DNA from: Polyangiales bacterium
Lineage (GTDB): Bacteria; Myxococcota_A; Polyangia; Polyangiales; Polyangiaceae
NCBI GenBank assembly: GCA_038231275.1
Contig: JBBRLQ010000018.1
Location: 96,001 to 160,000 of the forward strand
Direction: 5' to 3'
DNA: 64,000 nt
The stretch's first letter is position 1. Each line of letters begins with the position of its first letter. Shown piece after piece: positions 1-9,012 of this stretch. The notes beneath the pieces are model-generated. The model did not search any database. It was not told where the DNA came from and saw only the letters and a list, made by a program, of their open reading frames with translations. The translations under genes and the position numbers were made by a program.

Positions 1-11
1 CGCAGAGGTGC

Positions 12-1478
12 GTGATGAGGATGCGGCAGGTCGGCGGAGTCGCGGCGGGACTGCTCGCCCTGGCGGGCCTCACGCGCTGCGGTGGGAGCTCGAGCTCGGA
101 CGCCGGTGGCGTCGCCGACGCGTCGGCCGAGGCGAGCTCCGATTCGGACGCCAATGCCTCGGGTGACGCTGCGGCAGGCGACGCAGGAACCGACGGACCC
201 GGACCCGGCGGCGGCAAGATTCAGCACATCGTCATCATCATGCAGGAGAACCGCTCGTTCGATCACTACTTCGGCACCTTCCCCGGCGCAGAGGGCTTGC
301 CGCTCGAGGCCGACGGCGGGTTCGCGCCGTGCCTGCCCGATCCGAACCTCGACGGCGGCGGGTGCGTGCGACCGTTTCATCTCACGACCGACAAGAACAG
401 CGGCGGCCCGCACGGCGGCAAGAACGCGACCCTGTGCATCGGCGGCGGAAAAATGGACGGCTTCATCGCGAACGCGGAGACCGGCAAGAAAGGCTGCGCC
501 GATCCGAACGATCCCAACTGCACCAACGGCGCGCTCCTCGACGTGATGGGCTTCCACACCGCCGCGGAGATCCCGAACTACTGGGCGTACGCCGAGAACT
601 TCGTCCTCAACGATCACATGTTCCAACCGAACGCGTCGTGGAGCTTCCCGCAGCACCTCTACATGGTGAGCGGCTGGTCCGCGCTGTGCTCGACGCCCGG
701 CGACCCGACCACGTGCAAGACCGAGCTGACCTCGCCCGGCAACGGCAAGCCTGCGGGTCCGAACAACGAGTACGCGTGGACGGACATCACCTACCTCCTC
801 CACCACGCCGGCGTGACCTGGAAGTACTACCTCGGCGAGGGGGACGATCCGCATTGCAACGGCGACGCCGACGACTGTCAGCCGACGCAGATCGCCGCGA
901 ACGTGCCGAGCATCTGGAACGTGCTGCCGGAGTTCGACACCGTGAAGGCGGACAACGAGGTCGGCAACGTCCAGGCGATCGACGCGTTCTACCAAGACGT
1001 CGCGATGGACACGCTGCCCAAGGTCTCGTGGATCGCGCCGGCGGGGATCGTGAGCGAGCACCCGTCGAACCTGGTGAGCAACGGTCAGGGATACGTGACG
1101 GCGCTCATCAACACGATCATGAAGAGCAAATCGTGGGGCTCCACGGTCATCTTCCTCTCGTGGGACGACTGGGGCGGCTTCTACGACCACGTGGCGCCGC
1201 CGAAGGTCGACGACGGTGGCTACGGCATTCGCGTGCCGGGGATCGTCATCAGCCCGTGGGCAAAGAAGGGCCACGTCGACAAGCAGGTGCTCAGCCACGA
1301 CGCGTACCTGAAGTTCATCGAGGACGTGTTCCTCGGCGGCGCGCGCCTCGACCCCAACACTGACGGTCGGAAGGACTCGCGACCGACGGTGCGCGAGAAC
1401 CTCCTCACGGGCGATCTCATGAACGATCTCGACTTCAACCAGGCGCCGCTGCCACCGCTGATTTTGCCGCTGAAGTAA
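12..1478 (+). CDS. Phosphoesterase / phospholipase C (acid phosphatase) family lipoprotein
   Basis: [31 protein letters not shown] and [17 protein letters not shown] motifs; lipobox-like LTRC; start may be the ATG at 21. Confidence 0.9.
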   Translation: MMRMRQVGGVAAGLLALAGLTRCGGSSSSDAGGVADASAEASSDSDANASGDAAAGDAGTDGPGPGGGKIQHIVIIMQENRSFDHYFGTFPGAEGLPLEADGGFAPCLPDPNLDGGGCVRPFHLTTDKNSGGPHGGKNATLCIGGGKMDGFIANAETGKKGCADPNDPNCTNGALLDVMGFHTAAEIPNYWAYAENFVLNDHMFQPNASWSFPQHLYMVSGWSALCSTPGDPTTCKTELTSPGNGKPAGPNNEYAWTDITYLLHHAGVTWKYYLGEGDDPHCNGDADDCQPTQIAANVPSIWNVLPEFDTVKADNEVGNVQAIDAFYQDVAMDTLPKVSWIAPAGIVSEHPSNLVSNGQGYVTALINTIMKSKSWGSTVIFLSWDDWGGFYDHVAPPKVDDGGYGIRVPGIVISPWAKKGHVDKQVLSHDAYLKFIEDVFLGGARLDPNTDGRKDSRPTVRENLLTGDLMNDLDFNQAPLPPLILPLK

Positions 1479-1490
1479 GGCGGTTCTCCG

Positions 1491-2048
1491 TCAATCCCAC
1501 GTGAGGCAAGATCGTGCTGACGTGGGGAGCGGAGACCACATGGCGGCCGGCAGATCGCCGTCTGGACCGACATCGTCGATGTGACCGTCGTCCGCGACGT
1601 ACGCGGACATCGAGGCGATTGGGATCGGCTTGGGTGGCCGCGGAGGGGGGACCGCGCCGTAGTAGTGGAGCTCGAGTCGAAGCGGCTTGGGCGAGTCGTT
1701 GACGATCACCGTCTTGTGCCGGGCCGGCTCGAGCGATGCGCTATGCCCGTCCTGGAAGACGTACGAGCCGCCGAGGATCAAATGGCCACGCGTGATCGCG
1801 GCGGGACCTTGCGAGCCCTGCGGCACACTCTGGTCTCGCGGGTCTGGCATTCGAACGATCACGATCGGCGCTTCGAGGAGGTCCCCCCATAGCGCGGCCG
1901 CCACGCCAAGCAGCATTCCGAAGATGAGCGCGGCGCGTCGAACACCAGAACGAACGGAAAACGCGCGCCATACGATGCCAAGAGAGGCCGTCGTTGCGAG
2001 CGCCGCCCACGGAAGCGCGTCGAAGACGACGTCGGGAACGGTCACCAC
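1491..2048 (-). CDS. Hypothetical membrane protein
   Basis: Two N-terminal hydrophobic segments; starts 7 bp after the dnaJ stop on the same strand. Confidence 0.6.
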   Translation of the reverse strand: MVTVPDVVFDALPWAALATTASLGIVWRAFSVRSGVRRAALIFGMLLGVAAALWGDLLEAPIVIVRMPDPRDQSVPQGSQGPAAITRGHLILGGSYVFQDGHSASLEPARHKTVIVNDSPKPLRLELHYYGAVPPPRPPKPIPIASMSAYVADDGHIDDVGPDGDLPAAMWSPLPTSARSCLTWD

Positions 2049-2055
2049 GCGGTCG

Positions 2056-3180
2056 CTATCCGAAGAGATCGCGCAGCTTCTCCATGAAGCCGCGGCGCTG
2101 GGGTTGAACGTCCTCGCCGAGCTCGCGCGCGAGCTCTTCGAGGAGCTCGCGCTGGCGGGCGGTGAGCTCGGTCGGAACCTCCACCGCGACCTCGACCCGC
2201 TGATCGCCGCGCCCGAGGCCCGCGCGGCGCGGGATTCCCTTGCCCTTGATGCGGAGCACGGTGCCCGGCTGCGTGCCGGCGGGGACCCTGAGCTTGCCCT
2301 TGCCGTCGAGCGTCGGCACCTCGACCTCCGAGCCGAGCGCGGCTTGCACGAAGGTGATGGGGACCTGGCAGAGGACGTCCTCTCCCATCCTCTTGAAGAA
2401 GGTGTGCGTGCGGACCTGGATGGTGATCTCGAGCTCGCCGGGCGCGCGATCGGGGCGGGGTTTGTTGCCGGCGGCGGCGACGAGGCGGGTGGCGCCGGGC
2501 TCGACGCCCGGCGGGATGGTGACGCTGAGCGTGTGCGTGCTCGTGACGAGCGCGCTGCCCTTGCACGCCTCGCAAGGCACCTTGACGATGCGCCCGGTGC
2601 CGCGGCATCGCGAGCACGTTCGCTCGACGGCGATAGGGAGCAGGCCCTGTTGGAAGCGCACGCGCCCGCGGCCGTTGCAGGCGCTGCACGTCTCGGGGCG
2701 ATGGCCTGGCGCCGAGCCGGTCGCGTGGCACTCGGCGCACGCGATGACGCGCTCGTATTTCAGCTCCTTTTCGCAGCCGAACGCGGCCTCTTCGAAGCTG
2801 ATCTCGAGATCGCGTTTCAGGTCCCCCTTGTCGCCGCGGCCGACGCCGAAGACGCCGAGGAGATCGCCGAGGATGCCGTCGATGTTGATGTCGCTCATGT
2901 CGACGACGCCGCCCGCGAACGGGCCGTTGGCACCGAACGGCGAGCCGGGCGCTTCCGCGCGGTGGCCGAGGCGGTCGTACATCGCGCGGCGCTGCGGGTC
3001 CGAGAGGACCTGGTAGCTGGCGTTGACCTCTTTGAAGCGGACCCCGGCCTTGGGATCGTCGGGGTTGCGGTCGGGGTGGTGCTGCGAGGCGAGCTTGCGG
3101 AAAGCCGCCTTGATCTCCTCGGGCGAGGCGCCTCGGGTGATCCCGAGCACGTCGTAGTGGTCGCGCTGCGGCGGCGGCAT
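2056..3180 (-). CDS. dnaJ: Molecular chaperone DnaJ (class A)
   Basis: J domain with HPD, four CxxC zinc-finger repeats (two exact CxxCxGxG), C-terminal VPTLDG...GTQPG...GDQ domain. Confidence 0.95.
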   Translation of the reverse strand: MPPPQRDHYDVLGITRGASPEEIKAAFRKLASQHHPDRNPDDPKAGVRFKEVNASYQVLSDPQRRAMYDRLGHRAEAPGSPFGANGPFAGGVVDMSDINIDGILGDLLGVFGVGRGDKGDLKRDLEISFEEAAFGCEKELKYERVIACAECHATGSAPGHRPETCSACNGRGRVRFQQGLLPIAVERTCSRCRGTGRIVKVPCEACKGSALVTSTHTLSVTIPPGVEPGATRLVAAAGNKPRPDRAPGELEITIQVRTHTFFKRMGEDVLCQVPITFVQAALGSEVEVPTLDGKGKLRVPAGTQPGTVLRIKGKGIPRRAGLGRGDQRVEVAVEVPTELTARQRELLEELARELGEDVQPQRRGFMEKLRDLFG

Positions 3181-3275
3181 CTCCCCCTGCGGAGTAGCAC
3201 ATCTGCCCTCCCGGCGTGCGCCGGGGCGTGCTATTCGAACCGCTCCCCGTTTTCGGCCTGGTGCAGGTCCCCCTG

Positions 3276-4028
3276 ATGTCGATCCCGTCGAACTTCACCC
3301 GTCTCCCCGCCGCCGATCAGCGCGCCCTCCTTCGCGCGATCATCACGCGCTGTACGCCGGACCGCGGCGGCCCGACGCCGGTGATCGTGTTCGATCTCGA
3401 CGGCACGCTGATGGACAACCGGCCCCGCACCGCCGCCATCCTGCATGAGTTCGCGGCGACGCTGCCGACCCATGACGAGGTGCGCACGCGCCTCGCGGCG
3501 ACGAAGGCCGACGAGCTCGCGTACCTCCTGACCGATTCGCTCGGCCGCCTCGGCGTCACGCGCACGGAGCTCGTCGCCGCGGCGGAGGCGTTCTGGCGCG
3601 AGCGCTTCTTCGCCGACGAGCACCTCCGCCACGACGTAGAGGTCCCGGGCGCCGTCGCGTTCGCGCGCGCCTGCTACGAGGCGGGGGCCGTCCTCGTGTA
3701 CATGACCGGCCGCGATTTGCCGCTGATGGGGCTCGGATCGTTCCGGAGCCTCCGCGATCTCGGCTTCCCGATCGGCGTGCCCGGCACCGAGCTCGTGCTG
3801 AAGCCCGACGCGAACATCCCCGACGAGGCCTACAAGCGCATCGAGGGCCCGAAGCTCTCGCGCGTCGGGCGCGTCGTCGCGGTGTTCGACAACGAGCCGG
3901 CGAACTGCAACGCGCTCCTCGAGATGCATCCCGAGTGCGTCAGCGTGCTGCTCGACACGCAGCACCTCCCGGGCGCGCCGCCGCTCCATCCCGACGTGAA
4001 GGTCATCGGCGACTTCGTGATGTCATGA
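3276..4028 (+). CDS. HAD-superfamily hydrolase
   Basis: VFDLDGT motif I, YMTGR motif II, FDNEP motif IV; ATG at 3276 chosen as start. Confidence 0.85.
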   Translation: MSIPSNFTRLPAADQRALLRAIITRCTPDRGGPTPVIVFDLDGTLMDNRPRTAAILHEFAATLPTHDEVRTRLAATKADELAYLLTDSLGRLGVTRTELVAAAEAFWRERFFADEHLRHDVEVPGAVAFARACYEAGAVLVYMTGRDLPLMGLGSFRSLRDLGFPIGVPGTELVLKPDANIPDEAYKRIEGPKLSRVGRVVAVFDNEPANCNALLEMHPECVSVLLDTQHLPGAPPLHPDVKVIGDFVMS

Positions 4029-5278
4029 CGGAGCGCGCCGTCGTGGCGGCGAGCCTCGTCTTTTGCGCGGCGTGCGCGGTCGCCTTGGGCGGGTGCTCAC
4101 GGAGCAGCGGGGCGCTCGACGTGCCCGACGCGCTCGCGAGCCCCCAAGCCAAGGCCGTCCCTGCGCAGCTCGCCGCGATGCCGCAGTTGTCGCCGAGCGG
4201 CGCGCTCCCGCTCAGCCTCGACGCGGGGCCGCCGCCCGTTCCGCTGCGTGGAGACGTCGCGGCGGCGGGCGACTCGGTCGGCACCAAGGAGGTCGTCGGC
4301 TACACGATGCACGCCGTCTTTCGCGCCGGCGATCTGCCGCCTGCGTCGAAGGGACCGGAGGTGAGCCAAGCCGGTCTCGAGGCGGCGAGGCGAAAGACCG
4401 AGCCGCGGATGACGATCGATCTGTCGGCGACGCGCGCGCGCATCGTCCTCGGAAACGGCTTCGTCCTGCCTGCGGAGAGCGAGCTCCGCGCGCGCGTCGA
4501 TCGGTACGGCTTCTTGTTGATGGCCCCCGGTGGCGGCGCGTATCGGAACGCGGCGCCCGGCAGCCTCCGCGCGCTCCTCGGCGAACGCCGCCTCGACGTC
4601 GCGCCGCTCTCGCCCGCCGACGTCGCGCCGCGCGGCGAGGGACCACGCCTCGTCGGATACCGCACGCGCCGCGTCGAGATCGTGACACGCGCCGCGAACG
4701 CGACGATCGAGATCGCGCACGTCCCGGACGCAGGCGATGGCGGATCGCTCCTCTGCCGTGCGCTGCTGGACCTCGTCAACGCGCCGCCGTCGACGCCGCT
4801 CTGCGGCTGGGAGGACGTGCCGCTGCACGCCGAGCTGCGCTGGACCACGCGCGGCGCGCTCGGATTCGAGGTCACGAGCATCACGCGCCACACCGATCTG
4901 TCGCCGCTGGTGCTCGCCGCGCCGCCCGCGACAGCTGCATTTTTGCCGACGCCGCCGCCGCCGAGCGCGGGCGAGGCGCTCCTGGGGCAGAACGATCTCG
5001 CGGCGCTCCGAACGCAACCGGTCGAGGTGCCGGATGCAGGCGCGGACGCGGCGCTGGGGCTCGTGCTCATCAACTCGACCGACGAGCTGCGCGTCGCGTG
5101 GCTCGACGGCGTGCCGGTGGCGTGGGTCGGCCCCGGCGCGCGCCTCGCGATCCCCGGCCTCGTGCGCGGCCGCTACACGCTCGCGTGGCGGACCTTCCTG
5201 GGAGACGTGCTCGAGCCGCCGCAGCCGATCACCATCCCTGGCACGAACCGCGTCGGCCCGGAGGATGGCGGCCTGTAG
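4025..5278 (+). CDS. Hypothetical lipoprotein (DUF4412-like segment)
   Basis: ATGA overlap with the HAD gene; signal ending LGGC; GEGPRLVGYRTRRVEI resembles DUF4412/GLPGLI-type strands. Confidence 0.7.
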   Translation: MTERAVVAASLVFCAACAVALGGCSRSSGALDVPDALASPQAKAVPAQLAAMPQLSPSGALPLSLDAGPPPVPLRGDVAAAGDSVGTKEVVGYTMHAVFRAGDLPPASKGPEVSQAGLEAARRKTEPRMTIDLSATRARIVLGNGFVLPAESELRARVDRYGFLLMAPGGGAYRNAAPGSLRALLGERRLDVAPLSPADVAPRGEGPRLVGYRTRRVEIVTRAANATIEIAHVPDAGDGGSLLCRALLDLVNAPPSTPLCGWEDVPLHAELRWTTRGALGFEVTSITRHTDLSPLVLAAPPATAAFLPTPPPPSAGEALLGQNDLAALRTQPVEVPDAGADAALGLVLINSTDELRVAWLDGVPVAWVGPGARLAIPGLVRGRYTLAWRTFLGDVLEPPQPITIPGTNRVGPEDGGL

Positions 5279-5284
5279 TCGCGT

Positions 5285-5935
5285 TTACGCTGCCGCCGAC
5301 TGCGGCTTGAAGAGCGGTCCGCCCATCGGAAAAATCGCGCGACCCGCGGCGCCGTTCAGCAGGATGGCGAGCGCGATGTAGAGCGCGATGCCTCCGAGCG
5401 CGATGGTCGCCAGCCCTACGCCGAACGCCAACGTCGGCCCCGCGGACGGCACGAAATGGCGCGCGATGCGCAGTAGGTAGAGCAGATCGATGTCGAGCAG
5501 GAACACGAAGAGGAGCTTCGAGAAGAAGCCGAACGCGTACGTCAGCACGACGAAGATCACGATGAACGCGAAGTCGACGCTGAGGCCCACCATCGGATCG
5601 GGGATTTTTCCCTGCGACAGCTGGTCGAGCACCCACCAGTTCATCACCCAGTTGAACGAGAACGTCGTCAGCAGCGTCCCGCCCAGCGTGTTCTTGTTCG
5701 CGAGCGACATCATCCCCGCGAGGAACTGGCAGCCGGCGCCGAAGAGCAGACAGAACCACGAGGCGCTGCGGAACATCGACGCGGCCGCCACCGGATCGCG
5801 CGGGATCATCCCGAACGCGATCGGCACGAGCGCGCCGCAGCCGATGGCGAGGCCGAGGAGACCGAGCGGCGTCGGCTCCCCGAAGACCGGCGGCGAAGGT
5901 GCGGAGACCGCGTGACCGTTGGGGCTGGGTTCCAT
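5285..5935 (-). CDS. GPR1/FUN34/YaaH (SatP/AceTr) acetate-uptake family transporter
   Basis: EPTPLGLLG variant of the NPAPLGL motif, GAGCQFLAGMM, about six TM helices. Confidence 0.85.
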   Translation of the reverse strand: MEPSPNGHAVSAPSPPVFGEPTPLGLLGLAIGCGALVPIAFGMIPRDPVAAASMFRSASWFCLLFGAGCQFLAGMMSLANKNTLGGTLLTTFSFNWVMNWWVLDQLSQGKIPDPMVGLSVDFAFIVIFVVLTYAFGFFSKLLFVFLLDIDLLYLLRIARHFVPSAGPTLAFGVGLATIALGGIALYIALAILLNGAAGRAIFPMGGPLFKPQSAAA

Positions 5936-5975
5936 GGCGCCCTTATCGCAAACCGCGGGCCCTGCCGCACGCCCC

Positions 5976-6007
5976 AAAGTTGTACTACAAATTGGTAATA
6001 CAACTTT
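5976..6007. promoter_or_regulatory. AT-rich inverted repeat; candidate tandem GntR/FadR-family operators (may also terminate pilT)
   Basis: AAAGTTGTA-N14-TACAACTTT containing TTGTACTACAA and AATTGGTAATACAACTT, about 40 bp upstream of the transporter start. Confidence 0.6.
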
Positions 6008-6010
6008 TGT

Positions 6011-7576
6011 TCAGGCGCGTGTGTACGACTCGAACGACGCAAGATCGTTGACGAACCCGCGCGCTACATCGACGGTGACAGCGCCCTCCTTGATCATGTT
6101 CGCGAGGCAGCGCTCGAGCGGCAGCATGCCCTCGCGCCGGCTCGACTGGAGGATGCTCGGGATCTGCGCGGTCTTGCCTTCGCGTACGGCGGTGGCGACG
6201 GCGTGCGTGCCTCGCAAGATTTCGAGAGCGGGAATCCTACCGCCTCCTCGCGCACGCGGGAGGAGACGCTGCGCGACGATCGCCCGAAGCGCGTCGGCGA
6301 GCTGGACGCGGATTTGCCCCTGACGCTCCGGTGGATACGTGTCGACGATTCGCTCGACGGCCGAACCGGTGCTGCGGCTGTGGAGGCTCGTGAGGACGAG
6401 GTGTCCCGTCTCCGCCGCCGTCAGCGCCAGCGAGATCGTCTCCGGATCGCGCATCTCGCCGACGACGAGCACGTCGGGATCTTCGCGCAGCGCGTCGCGG
6501 AGCCCCGTCGCGAAATCCTTCACGTCGCGCCCGATCTGCCGCTGACGCACGAGTGAGCTTTCCCCATGCGCGGCGAGGACGTACTCGATCGGATCCTCGA
6601 GCGTGACGAGGACCGTCGAGCGTCGCCGCAGCACCTCTTGTGCGAGAGCCGCCAGAGTCGTCGATTTGCCGGAGCCCGTTGGGCCGCACACGATGACGAG
6701 CCCGTGCGGGAGCTGGACGAGATCGTCGAGCGGCACGGGCAGATCGAGGCCGGAGAGCTGCGGCGGTCGTCCCGGCAAAATGCGGATCGCCGCCGCCACA
6801 CCGTTCGCCGAGCGATACACGTTCGCGCGAAAGCGCCCCGCATCCTGCACGTCGAACGCGAAATCGACGGACGCGCCCGCCGCAAGCCGCGCGCGCGCGT
6901 TCGCGTCGAGGTGACCCGCTAGGAGCTGCTCGGTGTCGATTGGGGCGTCGTGGATCGTGCGAAGGCGTCCATCGATGCGGGCGCGAACGGGCTCGCCCGT
7001 ACAGAGATGCACGTCGCTGGCGCGGAGGGCGGCAGCGCGCGAAAGAAGCTCCGCGAGCTCGGAGGACGTCGTCGCGGGAGGCTCGAAGTCGGCTGTGATC
7101 GCGGTCGGCGTCGGGGTCGGGGTCGGGGTCGCGGTCGGGGTCGGGGTCGCGGTCGGGGTCGGGGTCGCGGTCGCGGTCGCGGTCGCGGTCGCGCCGGTGA
7201 ACGGAGCCGGCTCGCGGCGGCGTGCCGACGCGGCAAAGATCACGTCGAAGCCCGATGCGCCTGCACGCGGGACCACCGCCACGTGAAACGAGCCGAGGGG
7301 ACCGGCGTCGTACGTCAGCTCGACGCGACGGCCTGCCCGCAGCTCCTCCTCCCGTTCGGGCGTGAGCAGCCCGCCCATGAGATGGCGCAGCTCGTCGTCG
7401 CTCGTCTCCGGCACGGCGAGCTTCTTCTGCGCGCCATGATGAAACATCCGCGGCGCGCGCCCGGTGCCGAGGCGCAGCTCCGTCGCGCCTTGTTGGGCGA
7501 GGATCCCGAGAAGCCCATCGACCGGTACGCGCAACGCCTTGCCTCCGTCGCGGGGTGAACCCGCCGCGCTCGTCAC
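6011..7576 (-). CDS. pilT: PilT/PilU-family type IV pilus ATPase with an extra N-terminal domain
   Basis: GPTGSGKSTT Walker A, LEDPIEY Asp box, LREDPDVLVVGEMRD Walker B, AAETGHLV...H His box. Confidence 0.9.
   Translation of the reverse strand: MTSAAGSPRDGGKALRVPVDGLLGILAQQGATELRLGTGRAPRMFHHGAQKKLAVPETSDDELRHLMGGLLTPEREEELRAGRRVELTYDAGPLGSFHVAVVPRAGASGFDVIFAASARRREPAPFTGATATATATATPTPTATPTPTATPTPTPTPTAITADFEPPATTSSELAELLSRAAALRASDVHLCTGEPVRARIDGRLRTIHDAPIDTEQLLAGHLDANARARLAAGASVDFAFDVQDAGRFRANVYRSANGVAAAIRILPGRPPQLSGLDLPVPLDDLVQLPHGLVIVCGPTGSGKSTTLAALAQEVLRRRSTVLVTLEDPIEYVLAAHGESSLVRQRQIGRDVKDFATGLRDALREDPDVLVVGEMRDPETISLALTAAETGHLVLTSLHSRSTGSAVERIVDTYPPERQGQIRVQLADALRAIVAQRLLPRARGGGRIPALEILRGTHAVATAVREGKTAQIPSILQSSRREGMLPLERCLANMIKEGAVTVDVARGFVNDLASFESYTRA
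7101..7190. repeat. Hexanucleotide tandem repeat (mostly GCGGTC/GGGGTC) x15 encoding a TA/TP linker
   Basis: Directly visible; encodes ATATATATATPTPTATPTPTATPTPTPTPTA in PilT. Confidence 0.95.
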
Positions 7577-8187
7577 TTCTTCCGGTAATCCTCGCCGCCG
7601 AACGTCACGTCCTCGTGCCCGTCGGCGATCATCTTGCCCCGGAGCGCGTCGAACGCCAGCGACACGACGTCGTAGCGCGTCGACGGGAGGAAATACTCGT
7701 CCTCTTCCAGCTCACCGAGCGCGGCGAGGCGCCGATCGATCTCGTCCTTCTCGGCGTCGTCCATCTCGAGGTGAGCGTGCCACCCGTCTTGCTCCTCCAA
7801 GAGGAGCGCCTCGCGCGCCATCCCTAGCGGGTTGAACGTGAGGAACACGCGCGTCATGTCGAGCCGCCACCCGTCGTGGTCGCCCTCCGCGAACCACACC
7901 CCGCCGAACGCGCGCCGCATCACCTCGCCGAGGTATGCGCCCGTCGTCGCAGCGAGCAGATCGAGCGCCTCCGGCTTCGCCTTGATGTCGGCGCGCGCGT
8001 CCTTCACGTACTGATCGAGCAGGCTGAGGGTGTCGCCGGTGCCGTCCAGAGGCACTTTGTACTTCGACAAGACGAACCGCGCGCACGACGCCGCGAGCTC
8101 CGCGACCCGCTCGGGGGCGGGCTCCCACACCGTCTCTTCGTCCGCCGCGTCCGGGAAATGGGACGTCTTGCCGTTGGATTCACTCAT
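7573..8187 (-). CDS. Hypothetical protein (DUF3806/DUF6278-like)
   Basis: LDGT.DTLSLLD...GAYLGEVMRRAFGGVW pattern; 4-bp overlap with the pilT start. Confidence 0.75.
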   Translation of the reverse strand: MSESNGKTSHFPDAADEETVWEPAPERVAELAASCARFVLSKYKVPLDGTGDTLSLLDQYVKDARADIKAKPEALDLLAATTGAYLGEVMRRAFGGVWFAEGDHDGWRLDMTRVFLTFNPLGMAREALLLEEQDGWHAHLEMDDAEKDEIDRRLAALGELEEDEYFLPSTRYDVVSLAFDALRGKMIADGHEDVTFGGEDYRKK

Positions 8188-8274
8188 GATGGCCCTGCTT
8201 TACACGAGAGATCGCGTTAGATCTTCACGCAGCTAGATTCGAACGCAATTTGTGCATAAATTCGATGATCCAAC

Positions 8275-9012
8275 ATGCGCCTTGGGATCCTCAGCGACAT
8301 CCACGCAAACTTCGAAGCGCTCAGCGCGGTCCTCGAGGCCTACCGCACAGCGAACGTCGATGTTTATTACTGCCTCGGTGACACCGTGGGCTACGGCGGC
8401 TCGCCCAACGAGTGTTGCGATCTCATTCGCGACCTCTGCAAGACGACCATCCTCGGCAACCACGACGCCGCGGTGAGCGGGCGTATGGACTACTCGTATT
8501 ACTACGAGGCCGCGCGCCACGCGCTCGACGTCCACGCCGCGATGATCAGCGCCGAGAACATGGCGTGGCTGAAGGGCCTGCCGTACCAGGAGATGTTGAC
8601 CGAGATCAACGTGCTCCTCTGCCACGGCTCGCCCGTGCGACTCGAGGAGTTTGAGTACATCTTCGCGCCCGAGCAAGCGCGCGAGTGCTTGCCGCTCTGG
8701 GACAAGCTCGGTCACATCACGCTCATCGGGCACTCGCACCTCTGCAAGGTGTTCGCGCTCTCCAAGACGAGCGTAGAAGAGCTGCCGGCCACGGACTTCG
8801 AGCTCGACGACGACAAGAAGTACATCGTCTCGGTCGGCTCGGTCGGCCAGCCGCGCGACTTCGACAACCGCGCGAGCTACACGGTCTACGACTCGGACAA
8901 GCGCCGCTTCGAGTTCAAGCGGATCGAGTACGACATCGAGCTCAGCGCGGACAAGGTCCTGCGCGCGCGCCTCGAGCGGAACTTCGCGCACCGGCTCTTC
9001 ATCGGCGTCTGA
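8275..9012 (+). CDS. Calcineurin-like metallophosphoesterase
   Basis: SDIHAN, LGDTVGYG, GNHD, HGSP, GHSH and GSVGQPRD motifs. Confidence 0.93.
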   Translation: MRLGILSDIHANFEALSAVLEAYRTANVDVYYCLGDTVGYGGSPNECCDLIRDLCKTTILGNHDAAVSGRMDYSYYYEAARHALDVHAAMISAENMAWLKGLPYQEMLTEINVLLCHGSPVRLEEFEYIFAPEQARECLPLWDKLGHITLIGHSHLCKVFALSKTSVEELPATDFELDDDKKYIVSVGSVGQPRDFDNRASYTVYDSDKRRFEFKRIEYDIELSADKVLRARLERNFAHRLFIGV

